DNA of 61,249 nt, the filler included, from Globobulimina sp. (lineage: Eukaryota), in NCBI GenBank assembly GCA_003354225.1. It is 18 parts of 18 records of this genome, joined end to end, with 100 filler letters (N's around TTAATTAATTAA, not from the genome) between each part and the next. Parts side by side here need not be neighbours in the genome. Positions count along the whole stretch, not along the records: positions 47,736 to 51,039 come from PIVH01003140.1; positions 51,140 to 54,443 come from PIVH01003141.1; positions 54,544 to 57,846 come from PIVH01003142.1; positions 57,947 to 61,249 come from PIVH01003143.1; 14 more parts are not named here. One strand, written 5' to 3'. Below are positions 49,651-60,034 of this stretch, in pieces. The first letter of the stretch is position 1. Every line of letters begins with the position of its first letter. The position numbers and the translations under genes are program-made. The notes under the pieces are model-generated. The model worked only from the letters and a program-made list of their open reading frames with translations. It was not told the origin of the DNA and did not search any database.

Positions 49651-50421
49651 CTTAATCCGTTGTTTCTTTTTAGGCGGCTGCTTACTGTTTGTATTTGTCA
49701 ATTCTTTTTTCCTTTGTTTTTTCTTTTCTTCTCTGTGAGCCTTTCTTCTTTGTTTCTGAACCTCTTTACTCAAATTTCCTACCTTCAATTTTGGTAACAC
49801 TCTGTGTATATTCAATAACTCAAACATCAGATTAACTAAATCTGAAACATTATCAAATTTATACAAAAAAATGGTGTACAAATTCTCCAGATATTTGTTT
49901 GATGCGACACGTAACGCTTTTCCATAAAATTCACAATAATTATCCGAATATCTACCGACTTGTACGCGTCGATATGAATCCACTGCATTATTTTCATCAA
50001 AATATCTTGCCAAATATTCATATTTCTCAAGAAAGCTGCTAAACTGCTTTCGATACGAAGAAAATTGTTGATATTCAACGTACGAAGAAAATTGTTGATA
50101 TTCAACGTAAATTTTTGCATGTCCATACAATAGATCTGCATTACTTTTTTCCTGGTTTTTGAATCGAAGTTTGTACTCAACACTTTGCTGGTTTTTGAAT
50201 CGAAGTTCTTTAACATTAAGCTCATGTGCCATGAAAAAATCCAATCCGCATTCAAAACCAATGAATTTATCATAATATTCCTCCAAACATCCTTTTTCTG
50301 GAAGACACAATAAATTTTCAGTTATCAAATAATTTATTCCACGATGTCGTATAAAGATGATAGGCTCAAACTGAGTGTTTGAGATTTCTTCTTGTTCTTC
50401 ATTGAAATCTCTGTGAAACAT
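49651..50421 (-). CDS. Hypothetical protein with basic C-terminus and short internal duplications
   Basis: Likely start MFHRDF; YVEYQQFSS x2 (exact 27-nt duplication), LRFKNQ x2, NLS-like PPKKKQR. Confidence 0.55.
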
Positions 50422-51140
50422 TTTGATTCTATATTTGAAAATAATTTTTAAAAAGTTTAAATTTAGAATTATGAAATAATTATGAATGGCAGCTGCCAAC
50501 TACATTTTTTAATATCGTGGTCTGTCTGAAAAACATAAAAATATCGTTGAACATAATTTACAAAAATAGAATACTAAAACCATCACTTCCAAAACCTACA
50601 GATCGTGGCACAAATTACACCCCCTAAGGCCAGAAAAGAAAACAAGATCAGAAACGCCGGCTAAAACGTTAGTATTTTGTGCAGCATCATTATTTACATG
50701 AAAATGGGAGAAATTAAAGTACATATTATATTTAATCCATCCTTGACAATGGAATCCAATTGGATTATTTATGCGAATACGCCATGCCAGCAACCAGTGT
50801 GTTAAGAAACGTGTTGAACTATAGTCATATTACCAAAAACGAGAAATATTTAAATTGCAGTGCTGATGAAAATGATCTATGCACAAAGATGATTTGATTA
50901 CGCAGGAATGTATATACATTGTTGGAATACTGATAGCATATATTTGTGGCGCTGAGCTTACGTCCTCCCAACAATAGAATGCTTCCACTTTTTTGCAAAC
51001 AGCACAGTGCGTAGCCTTCCATCAGTAATAAGTCGCTGCNNNNNNNNNNNNNNNNNNNNNNNNNNNNNNNNNNNNNNNNNNNNTTAATTAATTAANNNNN
51101 NNNNNNNNNNNNNNNNNNNNNNNNNNNNNNNNNNNNNNNT

Positions 51141-51392
51141 ATAACATTAGATTTTTTATTCCAATCTTGGATATTTTTAGATAATATAAATATAAAAAAA
51201 TATTCTTTAATAGTAAAATTTATAATATCAAAATTGATAACAACTACAACATCACAAATTTTATTTATAATTTATATTAAATATTTTAAGATTAAAAATT
51301 TTGATAATACTTTTATTAGAATTATAATATCTATTTTAGTATTTTTATTTTTAGTTTTTCCATTAAGTAAATATTTTGTATTTTCAGTTTAA
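51141..51392 (+). CDS. GtrA-like small membrane protein, 5' partial
   Basis: Unlisted frame ending RIIISILVFLFLVFPLSKYFVFSV*; hydrophobic helices and a terminal KxFVF motif typical of GtrA. Confidence 0.55.
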   Translation: MTLDFLFQSWIFLDNINIKKYSLIVKFIISKLITTTTSQILFIIYIKYFKIKNFDNTFIRIIISILVFLFLVFPLSKYFVFSV

Positions 51393-51410
51393 TCTATTTT
51401 CTAAAAATAG

Positions 51411-52697
51411 TTAAAAATTCTGTATACGAGGATAAAATGTTAATGTGTATCCACCAGGCTTGGGGAGGGTTTCAACACCTGGACCTGATGTAACACCAAT
51501 CCCAATCTTTGTTGCCCCATGGCCCGATTTACCCCCTGGCATGACATAACTGATTGTTCCATTTAACATCCATTCGATGTTAACATCTTTAGATCCTTTG
51601 AATCTATAGGCTGTTAGATCAGATACATCATTAACTTTATTCACGCTCAGAATTCTTTGGTAATCACTTAGTAAAATTCCTAATGTAAATGTTTGGCCAC
51701 CATCGTCGCTTCCGATGGCATAAAATGAAATTGGGTCTACTGTATTAGGTCCAGTATTTGGTGGCGTTGGGAGAATAGGTATTGTTGGTGGGTAAAATAG
51801 CAATGCGTAACAGGTCTTATCCTTTCCATTGTCACAGATACTCTTGCCCGCGCCTGGCAGCGCAGCATTTGGATATCCACCTGATGTAACATTAAGATAA
51901 ATAGTGTTGGTGGGGGGCGTGGTGGTGCTGTCTTGGTATAATAAAATTTCTCCACCTAATGTCCATGTTAGAGGTTGGTTGCCAGGGAGGGTGGCGGCGG
52001 AGAGGGAGGATACCGTAAATCTATAGTTTTTTAGCGCAGATGCATCGGTATTTGTACCAGTAAGTCCATTCGCTAATAGAAATTTTTTTTCGTAGGTATC
52101 CACTGATATTCTAAGACCAATAGGGAATGGATTGCTGAATGGTTTGGTGATGGGATCACCAACTAGAATCACAAATTCTGAAACACCAGTTACTAAATTC
52201 ACTCCTGGTCCAGGTGCAGGTGGGGGAGGTATAGGTGGAGGTACAGGTACAGGTGAGGGAGGTGTAAGGTTAGAATCAGTATTTTTTTCTATACAAGTTA
52301 GAAATGCAGGAATATTATTAATTCTTCCAATTTTCAATATATCAGATTGTGTATTAGGATTGGTATATGTTCCATTTTGTCTTTGCACAGCATATGTTTG
52401 ATGTCTTTGATGAGGATTAGATTTAACTTTAGATAAATAATTATAAAATGATGTTTTTTTTAAGCGTCCATCCACATTAGACATAGGTCCACTTCCTCCA
52501 ATAGGTGGAACTTTATTTTCTAATACTAAATTTTTAAATTTTTCTTGATTTATTTGCATAGATTTAATAAAATCAAATCCACTAACACCATTACCTAAAT
52601 TACAATTACCTGGATCTCGAGTCCAAAATCTTTGTGGATCAGTCCAAATTTTTCTTTTATTAGGAGGAACTATACATAGTGAAGAATCTATAGTCAT
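51411..52697 (-). CDS. Pro-rich hypothetical protein with a duplicated domain (virus-like)
   Basis: PPSPVPVPPPIPPPPAPGP linker and two related domains sharing YRF...WxLxGxI...VTSG...LP...LxFYP. Confidence 0.75.
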   Translation of the reverse strand: MTIDSSLCIVPPNKRKIWTDPQRFWTRDPGNCNLGNGVSGFDFIKSMQINQEKFKNLVLENKVPPIGGSGPMSNVDGRLKKTSFYNYLSKVKSNPHQRHQTYAVQRQNGTYTNPNTQSDILKIGRINNIPAFLTCIEKNTDSNLTPPSPVPVPPPIPPPPAPGPGVNLVTGVSEFVILVGDPITKPFSNPFPIGLRISVDTYEKKFLLANGLTGTNTDASALKNYRFTVSSLSAATLPGNQPLTWTLGGEILLYQDSTTTPPTNTIYLNVTSGGYPNAALPGAGKSICDNGKDKTCYALLFYPPTIPILPTPPNTGPNTVDPISFYAIGSDDGGQTFTLGILLSDYQRILSVNKVNDVSDLTAYRFKGSKDVNIEWMLNGTISYVMPGGKSGHGATKIGIGVTSGPGVETLPKPGGYTLTFYPRIQNF

Positions 52698-52762
52698 TTT
52701 TATAATATTAATTTTTATTTTAAATTACAAATTTAAAATGATAATTAATATATTTAATTAAA

Positions 52763-53758
52763 ATGATAAAAAATATAGGACAAAAAAAAGATAGTAAAAT
52801 TTTTGTTTCAATAGCTTGTTTTATGGATAATGATATCCTTAATACAATAGAGGATTGTATTAAAAAAGCTGAATATCCAGATAATATAGTATTTGGTATA
52901 TGTTTTCAATATGATCCTGATGATGATTATTTAAATATATATAATAATAATCCACAATTTAGAATACATAGAATGCATTGGAATGAGGCAAGAGGACCAA
53001 CATATGCAAGATATTTTTGTTCACAATTAATTAAAGATGAAGAATATTTTTTACAAATTGATTGTCATACCAGATTTTTTGATAAATGGGATTCTAAAAT
53101 TATAAATGAATTAAAAAAATGTAATGAAAAAACGGATAAAGCAGTTATTTCATACTATCCTTTAAATATTAAGGATATGAATAATCCTGAAATGCAAAAA
53201 AAAATTGGACATATAACAGCATTTAGATATATTGGAACTGATGCTATTAAAAGTCATAGTTTCTTAGAATTAATACCTAATGAACCAAAAGAAAGTTGGG
53301 GAATAATGGCTGCAATGATATTTATGAGAACAAAAGTATTAAGAGATGTTCCATATGACCTTAAATTATATCATGGTTATCATTCTGAAGAACAATTTTA
53401 TTATGCTGTTAGATTATGGACTCATGGATATCAATGCTATTCTCCAAGTTGTCATATTTTAGCTATGGAATATGTAACAAACCGTGATAGATTATCAAAT
53501 TTAGCAAAAAAGCATTTAGCAATAGGTCTGCATGAATGGCATGAAAAAACATGGAAAAAATGTAAATATTATTTAAAATTAGATTCTTTTAAAAATGTGG
53601 ATTGTAGAGAATATAAAGACGATATTATAGAAAATCATAATATATATGGATTAGGTAAAGAGAGAAATATTATTGATTATTATAAAATGACAAATTTACA
53701 TGATAGATTATGTATATTATTTCCTTATTATAATGAATATCAAAATTTATATATTTAA
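52763..53758 (+). CDS. GT60-family GlcNAc transferase (Skp1-hydroxyproline GlcNAc transferase / Gnt1-like)
   Basis: IFVSIACFMD, KAEYPDNIVFGIC, ARGPTYARY, EEYFLQIDCHTRF...WD, VPYD, SEEQ, RLWTHGY, YGLGKER. Confidence 0.85.
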   Translation: MIKNIGQKKDSKIFVSIACFMDNDILNTIEDCIKKAEYPDNIVFGICFQYDPDDDYLNIYNNNPQFRIHRMHWNEARGPTYARYFCSQLIKDEEYFLQIDCHTRFFDKWDSKIINELKKCNEKTDKAVISYYPLNIKDMNNPEMQKKIGHITAFRYIGTDAIKSHSFLELIPNEPKESWGIMAAMIFMRTKVLRDVPYDLKLYHGYHSEEQFYYAVRLWTHGYQCYSPSCHILAMEYVTNRDRLSNLAKKHLAIGLHEWHEKTWKKCKYYLKLDSFKNVDCREYKDDIIENHNIYGLGKERNIIDYYKMTNLHDRLCILFPYYNEYQNLYI

Positions 53759-54443
53759 TTAAAAGGATATACTAAACTATTTTTAATATTTCTCTCAATA
53801 AAAAAATTACTTTTAACTCTATTTACCTCATTACTTTCTGGATCATTAGGTTTTTCTGTACAAAAAAAAGTGATAATTGTCTTTCTTGATCCTGATATAA
53901 TAGGATTTACTTGATGAGAGCATATACCAGGAAATACAATAGCTGTATTAGCTTTTGGTTTTAAAGATTTATAATATTCAGGTAGCACTAATTCTCCACC
54001 TTCAAAATCATCATTTAATATTAATGACATAGCAAATTTTCGATGTTGATGTGGATATGGAGTATCTCTATGTGGAGCAAATCGTCCATTAGTTTCAGAA
54101 TTATATGAACATATTTTGTATAATTAAAGATATTGTACCTCAAAATAAAAGATTTTTTTAATTTCTGGAAACAAACTTCTTGATAACTTATTATCAATCA
54201 TTTTTTCTAATTCTAGATCAGGATATATATGTAATCTATTTTTATTACAGGTATTATGAATTTCCTTATTAGAGGTATTATTATAATAATCTAAGACTTT
54301 GTTTAATAATTTTTTGTCTAAGACATTTTCTATAATTAAATAAGGAATATTTTTAGATAAAATATTTTTTTCTATTTTTAAATCAATAATTTCTTGTAAA
54401 ATATTGAATTGTTGTATTTGTTTAATTCTTCTATTTGCATCTA
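53755..54443 (-). CDS. 2OG-Fe(II) oxygenase (prolyl-hydroxylase-like), 5' partial, with an in-frame TAA at 54124-54126
   Basis: RFAPHRD (HxD), LNDDFEGGEL, SHQVNPIISGSR; the same frame continues to the contig end apart from one stop. Confidence 0.8.
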
Positions 54444-54543
54444 NNNNNNNNNNNNNNNNNNNNNNNNNNNNNNNNNNNNNNNNNNNNTTAATTAATTAAN
54501 NNNNNNNNNNNNNNNNNNNNNNNNNNNNNNNNNNNNNNNNNNN

Positions 54544-54826
54544 CGAAATACCTTTGCGTTCAAGAATAAAAATCATCGACTTTGGGTCTGCGGTGTATGA
54601 AACCGTGAAAAGTAAAAAGAAATACAAATGTAACAAACATTTGATACAAACACGGCATTATCGCTCACCCGAAGTGGTACTGGGAATGGCATGGAATCAG
54701 TCGGTGGATATTAGAGTTGGTATATGTTGGTATATGGATATATGGGTGTTTATTACGCACTGTCCCATCGATCATATAAATCAAATGGCTCATTTTTTGC
54801 GGAACAGAATTGTGGAGTTTTTTTAA
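54544..54826 (+). pseudogene. CLK/LAMMER-type kinase fragment, degenerate
   Basis: IKIIDFGSA and IQTRHYRSPEVVLG, after which the expected DIWSxGC motif is disrupted and the frame ends. Confidence 0.65.
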
Positions 54827-55047
54827 ATACAACCTATATTTTATGACATATGTTTGCCATAATCTTATGTTTCGCCATACACATGGAATCTGCAACTTAA
54901 GTTCATGTCACAGAAAAAAGTGTGCTACTAAAAGGTCTAATGCTTATCATCCTCTACTTATTATTGAATGAAAAACATCACTGCAGACAGCACTGCGGAC
55001 ATAACTATTGATCTTTCTACACTATATATGTTTGTTATACTGTACAT

Positions 55048-56945
55048 TTAAAATAAAACAAGGATCCAACAAGACATGATATCTTGATGTTGGTCTGTCA
55101 ATACACTGTCATATAATTCAATGAAGTTGTCATATGTTGGGATAGTGAACATTAAAAATGTAACTGCAGCCATGATCACATTAACCAATGTTCCCAATAA
55201 CGACGTAAAAAACATCCATTTATTTATTTGAATACCTGCATTATTTGCTAAATTCTGAGTCAAATTTCTGAGTTTAATGACACAAACAATAAACATCACA
55301 ATGGATAAAAATGCTTCAAACCACGATAAAAGAAGTATTTGTTTTATGTTACCACATATCAGATAACACTACATCTGCATAACGCGAAAAACACTCATTG
55401 TTCAATAATGTGTTTACATTCTCCAACATAGCAAAACCAATTACAACTGAAGCAGCAGCCACCTCCAATGGAATATCAATAAAAACAAAAATAATCTGTA
55501 AAATAAATAAAGTTTTAAATATGCACTCCCTAAATCTCCATCTGTACCAAGGAAGCATTAGTAACAATTCAATGAAAAATGTCAACGATTCAAACAACGC
55601 ATTTACTAAATTCAATAGAAACAATACATGTATCCCTTTGGATATAGTCTTGCTTTCCACACAAACAGGAGAACAAAGTTCAGATTGTTTTTCATATATA
55701 CGCGATGCTGCAAAATCATAACAATATGCATTGTTAAAATCACAGTCATCCAATAAGAAAGGATTCATTCCCAATGAAGTTGTTGGCATAACAGTTGGTT
55801 CGAATGTGGGATACAATGTTGGTTCCAATGTAGGTGATGATGGAAACTTTGTTGGCTGAAATGTTGGTTTTGCGGTTGGTTTTAATGTGGGAGATTCCGA
55901 TGGATAATATGATGGCTTGCGGGTTGGTTTGAATGTAGGATATTCTGTTCTATATGCCGTAGGATAAAATGTCGGATCTGATGTAGGTGATGCAGTTGGA
56001 TGCAATGTGTCTATGTGTTTTGTCCAACAGCTTCGAATCTGTATTAACATAGTCACAGTTTTGTTGTATTCAAATAACATGTCACAGAACTTGAGGATTT
56101 TGGTTTGGATCATTAATCGATGCGGTCACAATGTCCCAATTTTCATGCGTTATTGAATTATTCACAAATGAAAGGCTGACAGCGGCTATGATGAAATATA
56201 TAACTCCGCACATATTTGGCAACATACATGACACAGTACCTATGTAACTGTCGATGTCTTCGATGTCTTCATCATCATTGCAGCTTTGTGATATTATGAA
56301 CAAAACAAATAGCATAAGCCCTGAAAAAGCTGCAGAAATCCAGGATGAATGAAGAACAAAATTCATCATTGCTACTAATGTTTTTGTATCAGAATGAATT
56401 GAATGGATAATATCATCTCCTTCAACATACTCAAAACAATCCATATTAACAATATTTTCTGTATAAGACCAATTAATATATCCTGCCAAACCATAACACA
56501 ATCCAAATATGATCGGAACAAAACCGCACTGAGATAATATATTTACCGCATCCGTTAACATTTCCGTATCCGTTAATAACATCCATGTTGGAATAACTAA
56601 AAAACTGACATATGCAATACTTAAAAAACACAACATTGCAATTGATGTATTGCGTGTCGACTTCTGTACAATTTGGATTTGATGTTCAAATAAATACGCA
56701 GCTTTTGAATACTCTTTACATAGAGACTGTGATGCGTTTTGTCTGCATATTACATATTCAGCGAGTTGTGAACAATTAAAGGAACACTTGCCATTGATAT
56801 TATTATAATCCATGTTGAATGCATTGCAACACACGACATTTGTGGTACATGATGCAATCAGAAAATCGTTCTGACTAAACGAAATATTCCAATTTCCAAA
56901 AGATATCACCACCCCCTGGGCAATATGTTGTATACATTTGGTCAT
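55048..56945 (-). pseudogene. Multi-pass membrane protein with a PT-repeat stalk, broken by at least two frameshifts
   Basis: Three consecutive ORFs join only with frame changes near 56100 and 55352; PTxx repeats at about 55780-56000. Confidence 0.55.
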
Positions 56946-56977
56946 TACACTTTACACTGAAAAAATACTAAATCGAA

Positions 56978-57298
56978 ATGCAATTCTGTCCAACCTGTGG
57001 TAACATTTTATTAATAGACGGATCTAAGAATTTGAGCACAGTGAATAGATTATTCTGTAGGACATGCACGTATCACATAGAAGTCACAAAAACAATCAAA
57101 CGGAAAATAATCACAAAACAGAAAAAAGAAGCAGATATCATGCAGGACATTGCAATGGGGGCAACTACAGAAGCAAAGTGTGCGCAATGTGGTCACATGA
57201 AAGCATACCTAAAGGAAATGCAAACAAGATCTGCTGACGAACCGGCTACATTATTTTTCAAATGCGAGAAATGTGGGTTTCAATGGAAGGAAGGATAA
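56978..57298 (+). CDS. POLR3K: RNA polymerase III subunit RPC10/C11
   Basis: FCPTCGNILL zinc ribbon and QTRSADEP TFIIS-like ribbon, 106 aa. Confidence 0.92.
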   Translation: MQFCPTCGNILLIDGSKNLSTVNRLFCRTCTYHIEVTKTIKRKIITKQKKEADIMQDIAMGATTEAKCAQCGHMKAYLKEMQTRSADEPATLFFKCEKCGFQWKEG

Positions 57299-57333
57299 TT
57301 TTTACACAATGAAAATCATAAATTATAAATTGT

Positions 57334-57846
57334 TTACTTTTTTATTTGTTCGGTTGTAGTCTGTGGTGCAAGGACAGATCCAATACAATCAAAATCTAAA
57401 CCTACATCAACATCCGCTTCAACTTCAACTTGTTCCATCATCCTTTCATGTTTTTTAATCTCATCCACACTGAACGCACACTGTACTTCCTCCGTTTTTA
57501 TCTCCATTGTGTCCTTTATATCTCCTCCATAACCACAATTATTATGATATTCATTCACATCTTGAGTCAAATAATTTGTTTTGATGATATATCGAAAACA
57601 TTGTAAAATGGCGCTATATTCCTGTTCAATTTCTTTATGTAATACTTTCCTAACCAGATTTTGATTGAATTTGGGTGTTTTTAAAAATCGTAACACCGAC
57701 GGCGTTTTTTTCCGTCCTGTGTCGTCCTGATATTTCATTATTTTTTCACTGATTGATAATGTTTGTCCGCGTTTTCGTTTTGTGTCTATAACCTCTCGTT
57801 TTTGAGAAACGTTTGTTTTTGATGGATAATTTCGTTTTCGTTGTTG
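57334..57846 (-). CDS. Hypothetical protein, C-terminal part
   Basis: Frame open from the contig end to TAA at 57334. Confidence 0.55.
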   Translation of the reverse strand, partial: QQRKRNYPSKTNVSQKREVIDTKRKRGQTLSISEKIMKYQDDTGRKKTPSVLRFLKTPKFNQNLVRKVLHKEIEQEYSAILQCFRYIIKTNYLTQDVNEYHNNCGYGGDIKDTMEIKTEEVQCAFSVDEIKKHERMMEQVEVEADVDVGLDFDCIGSVLAPQTTTEQIKK

Positions 57847-57993
57847 NNNNNNNNNNNNNNNNNNNNNNNNNNNNNNNNNNNNNNNNNNNNTTAATTAATT
57901 AANNNNNNNNNNNNNNNNNNNNNNNNNNNNNNNNNNNNNNNNNNNNACAAACAAAAAAAAAAAAACAGTTTAATTTTTTCCCACAATTTAAAG

Positions 57994-59022
57994 GATCGGT
58001 TATTAAATTACATGCGAATAGTTTCAATGTATGGAAGTAATGCGATCGATCGAAACCTAATCTCGTATAATGGTTTAATTCTATTCCATGGGCCTCCCGG
58101 CACCGGCAAGACCTCGCTATGCAAGGCATTGGCAAACAAATTATCCATTCGCTTAAGCAATCAGTATCGCAATATCCAGTTAATTGAGATCAACGCACAT
58201 TCGTTGTTCTCAAAATGGTTCAGTGAATCGGGCAAATTGGTACAGAAATTATTCAAACACGTCGAGGAATTGATTGAAGACGACGACTCACTGTTATTTG
58301 TATTGATTGATGAAGTGGAGTCATTATCGGCGGCTCGAACTTCGTCTATGAATGGCGCCGAACCATCGGATTCAATACGGGCTGTAAATGCATTATTGAC
58401 ACAACTCGATAAGTTACGAATGTATTCGAATGTGCTGATATTAACTACGAGCAATATATCAGAAGCGATTGATTTAGCCTTTATTGATAGGGCCGATTTA
58501 AAGCAATACATTGGATATCCCAATGAAAAGGCGATTTATTTCATATTACGATCGTGTTTGAACGAGTTATTGAAGAAAAATGTGCTGTTTGTTAAAGGTA
58601 ATGATGCATGCCATTATTTGTTGGAGTATGAGAAAATAAAAAGGAGGGTGGAATTGAGGGACAAAATCAAAATAAAGGAAGAGGAAAATGATATGGACGC
58701 AGTGATTCCATTTCCATCGAGATATGGTAAAAAAGAAAAAGAGATGAAAGTGTTGTCTCCCTTCGTGAGGGTCGATGACGGTGTTTGTGAGCGGCTCAAT
58801 GTGAATGAGGAATGTTCGGAGAAATTGTTAGAAATTTGTAAATCTTTGGGAGGTTTCAGCGGGAGAAGTTTAAGGAAATTGCCATTCATTACTTGTGTTT
58901 ATTATGTTGAAAGCGGTAAATGTGAATTAAGATATTTTATGCAATGTTTACAAAAAATGGCAATCATTGAAAAAGAACAAAGAGGAAAATTAAAATCGGA
59001 TAAAACTGGATTTGAATTATAA
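57994..59022 (+). CDS. PCH2: Pachytene checkpoint protein 2 / TRIP13 AAA+ ATPase, last exon
   Basis: HGPPGTGKTSLCKALA, INAHSLFSKWFSESGKLV, LIDEVESL, EPSDSIRAVNALLTQLD, GFSGRSLRKLP; acceptor AG at 57992-93. Confidence 0.95.
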   Translation, partial: DRLLNYMRIVSMYGSNAIDRNLISYNGLILFHGPPGTGKTSLCKALANKLSIRLSNQYRNIQLIEINAHSLFSKWFSESGKLVQKLFKHVEELIEDDDSLLFVLIDEVESLSAARTSSMNGAEPSDSIRAVNALLTQLDKLRMYSNVLILTTSNISEAIDLAFIDRADLKQYIGYPNEKAIYFILRSCLNELLKKNVLFVKGNDACHYLLEYEKIKRRVELRDKIKIKEEENDMDAVIPFPSRYGKKEKEMKVLSPFVRVDDGVCERLNVNEECSEKLLEICKSLGGFSGRSLRKLPFITCVYYVESGKCELRYFMQCLQKMAIIEKEQRGKLKSDKTGFEL

Positions 59023-59192
59023 ACGAATAAAATGACCTCATTTTTGTTTTTGTTTGAATTGTTTTAACATTATTATTCCCACCTAAATAGAATCAAGATA
59101 TTTTTTTAAAAATATTCGATTGTTGACTTGTCGCGTCATTTCTTTAGTATCCAAAAGAATTATTAAAACACTGTTCATCATCCTCGCTAAAT

Positions 59193-59953
59193 ATGTTCGC
59201 ACGTATCATCAAACGATCACCATATTCAAATCTTATGCATTTAACCAACAGAGCCTTAAGTGGCACCACATTGCCGTCTGGATCAGTTTAGTATATTTTA
59301 CTTGTGTTTTCGCGTACTTTCGTTCATTGTTTTCATGCATATAAAAATATCAATTAAGGTATTTCGTTTAACTGATGACGGACCAAAAAAAGTTCCAACA
59401 GATGATATTTTCAAGGGCAAAAAAGTTGTGCTATTCTCATTTCCCGGAGCATTTACTGGAACGTATGTATTGATTGTATTGTATTATCTCATTCAAAACT
59501 TAACATTCTGACCATCATAGATGTCAAATGAAACAAGTTCCATCGTTTGATGCAAAAGTAGATGCATTTAAAGTTAAAAAGAATCTCTTTATATTTTATA
59601 AAACTAATGATGTGAATTAACTGTGTTGTCATGTAAATTAATGTAAAAAAAAATATTTTTAGAAAAAAGGTGTGGATGATGTATATGCATTGAGTGCAGG
59701 CGATGTATTTGTATTAAAAGCATTTCAACAAGAAACAAAAGCAAATAATTTACAATTTTTGCAAGATTTTGATTGCGAATTTTCAGCATCGATTGGAAAA
59801 ACTTTTGATGGCAGCGGTATTGGTTTAGGAGTACGAACAACTCGCTATTCATTATATGCCGAGGATGGCCAAGTTAAACAGTATTTTGAAGAAACAAATC
59901 CAGGTGAAATGACATGCACAGATGCTGATACCTTATTGGACGCTATGAAATAA
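59193..59953 (+). CDS. PRDX5: Type II peroxiredoxin (PRDX5-like) with presequence, 4 exons
   Basis: Introns 59286-59358, 59463-59520 and 59573-59662 give GKKVVLFSFPGAFTGT-C...KKGVDDV...GLGVRTTRYS. Confidence 0.88.
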
Positions 59954-60034
59954 TCTAATATCAACAAAAATGACTAATTTATGTATTTGTAACTTATCTT
60001 CTTGCAGTAAAAACTATATTAAAAGCACCAATTT

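Noticed and set aside
59455-59530. Selenocysteine at the peroxiredoxin active site
   Set aside because: Splicing gives ACA TGT (Thr-Cys), an ordinary cysteine.
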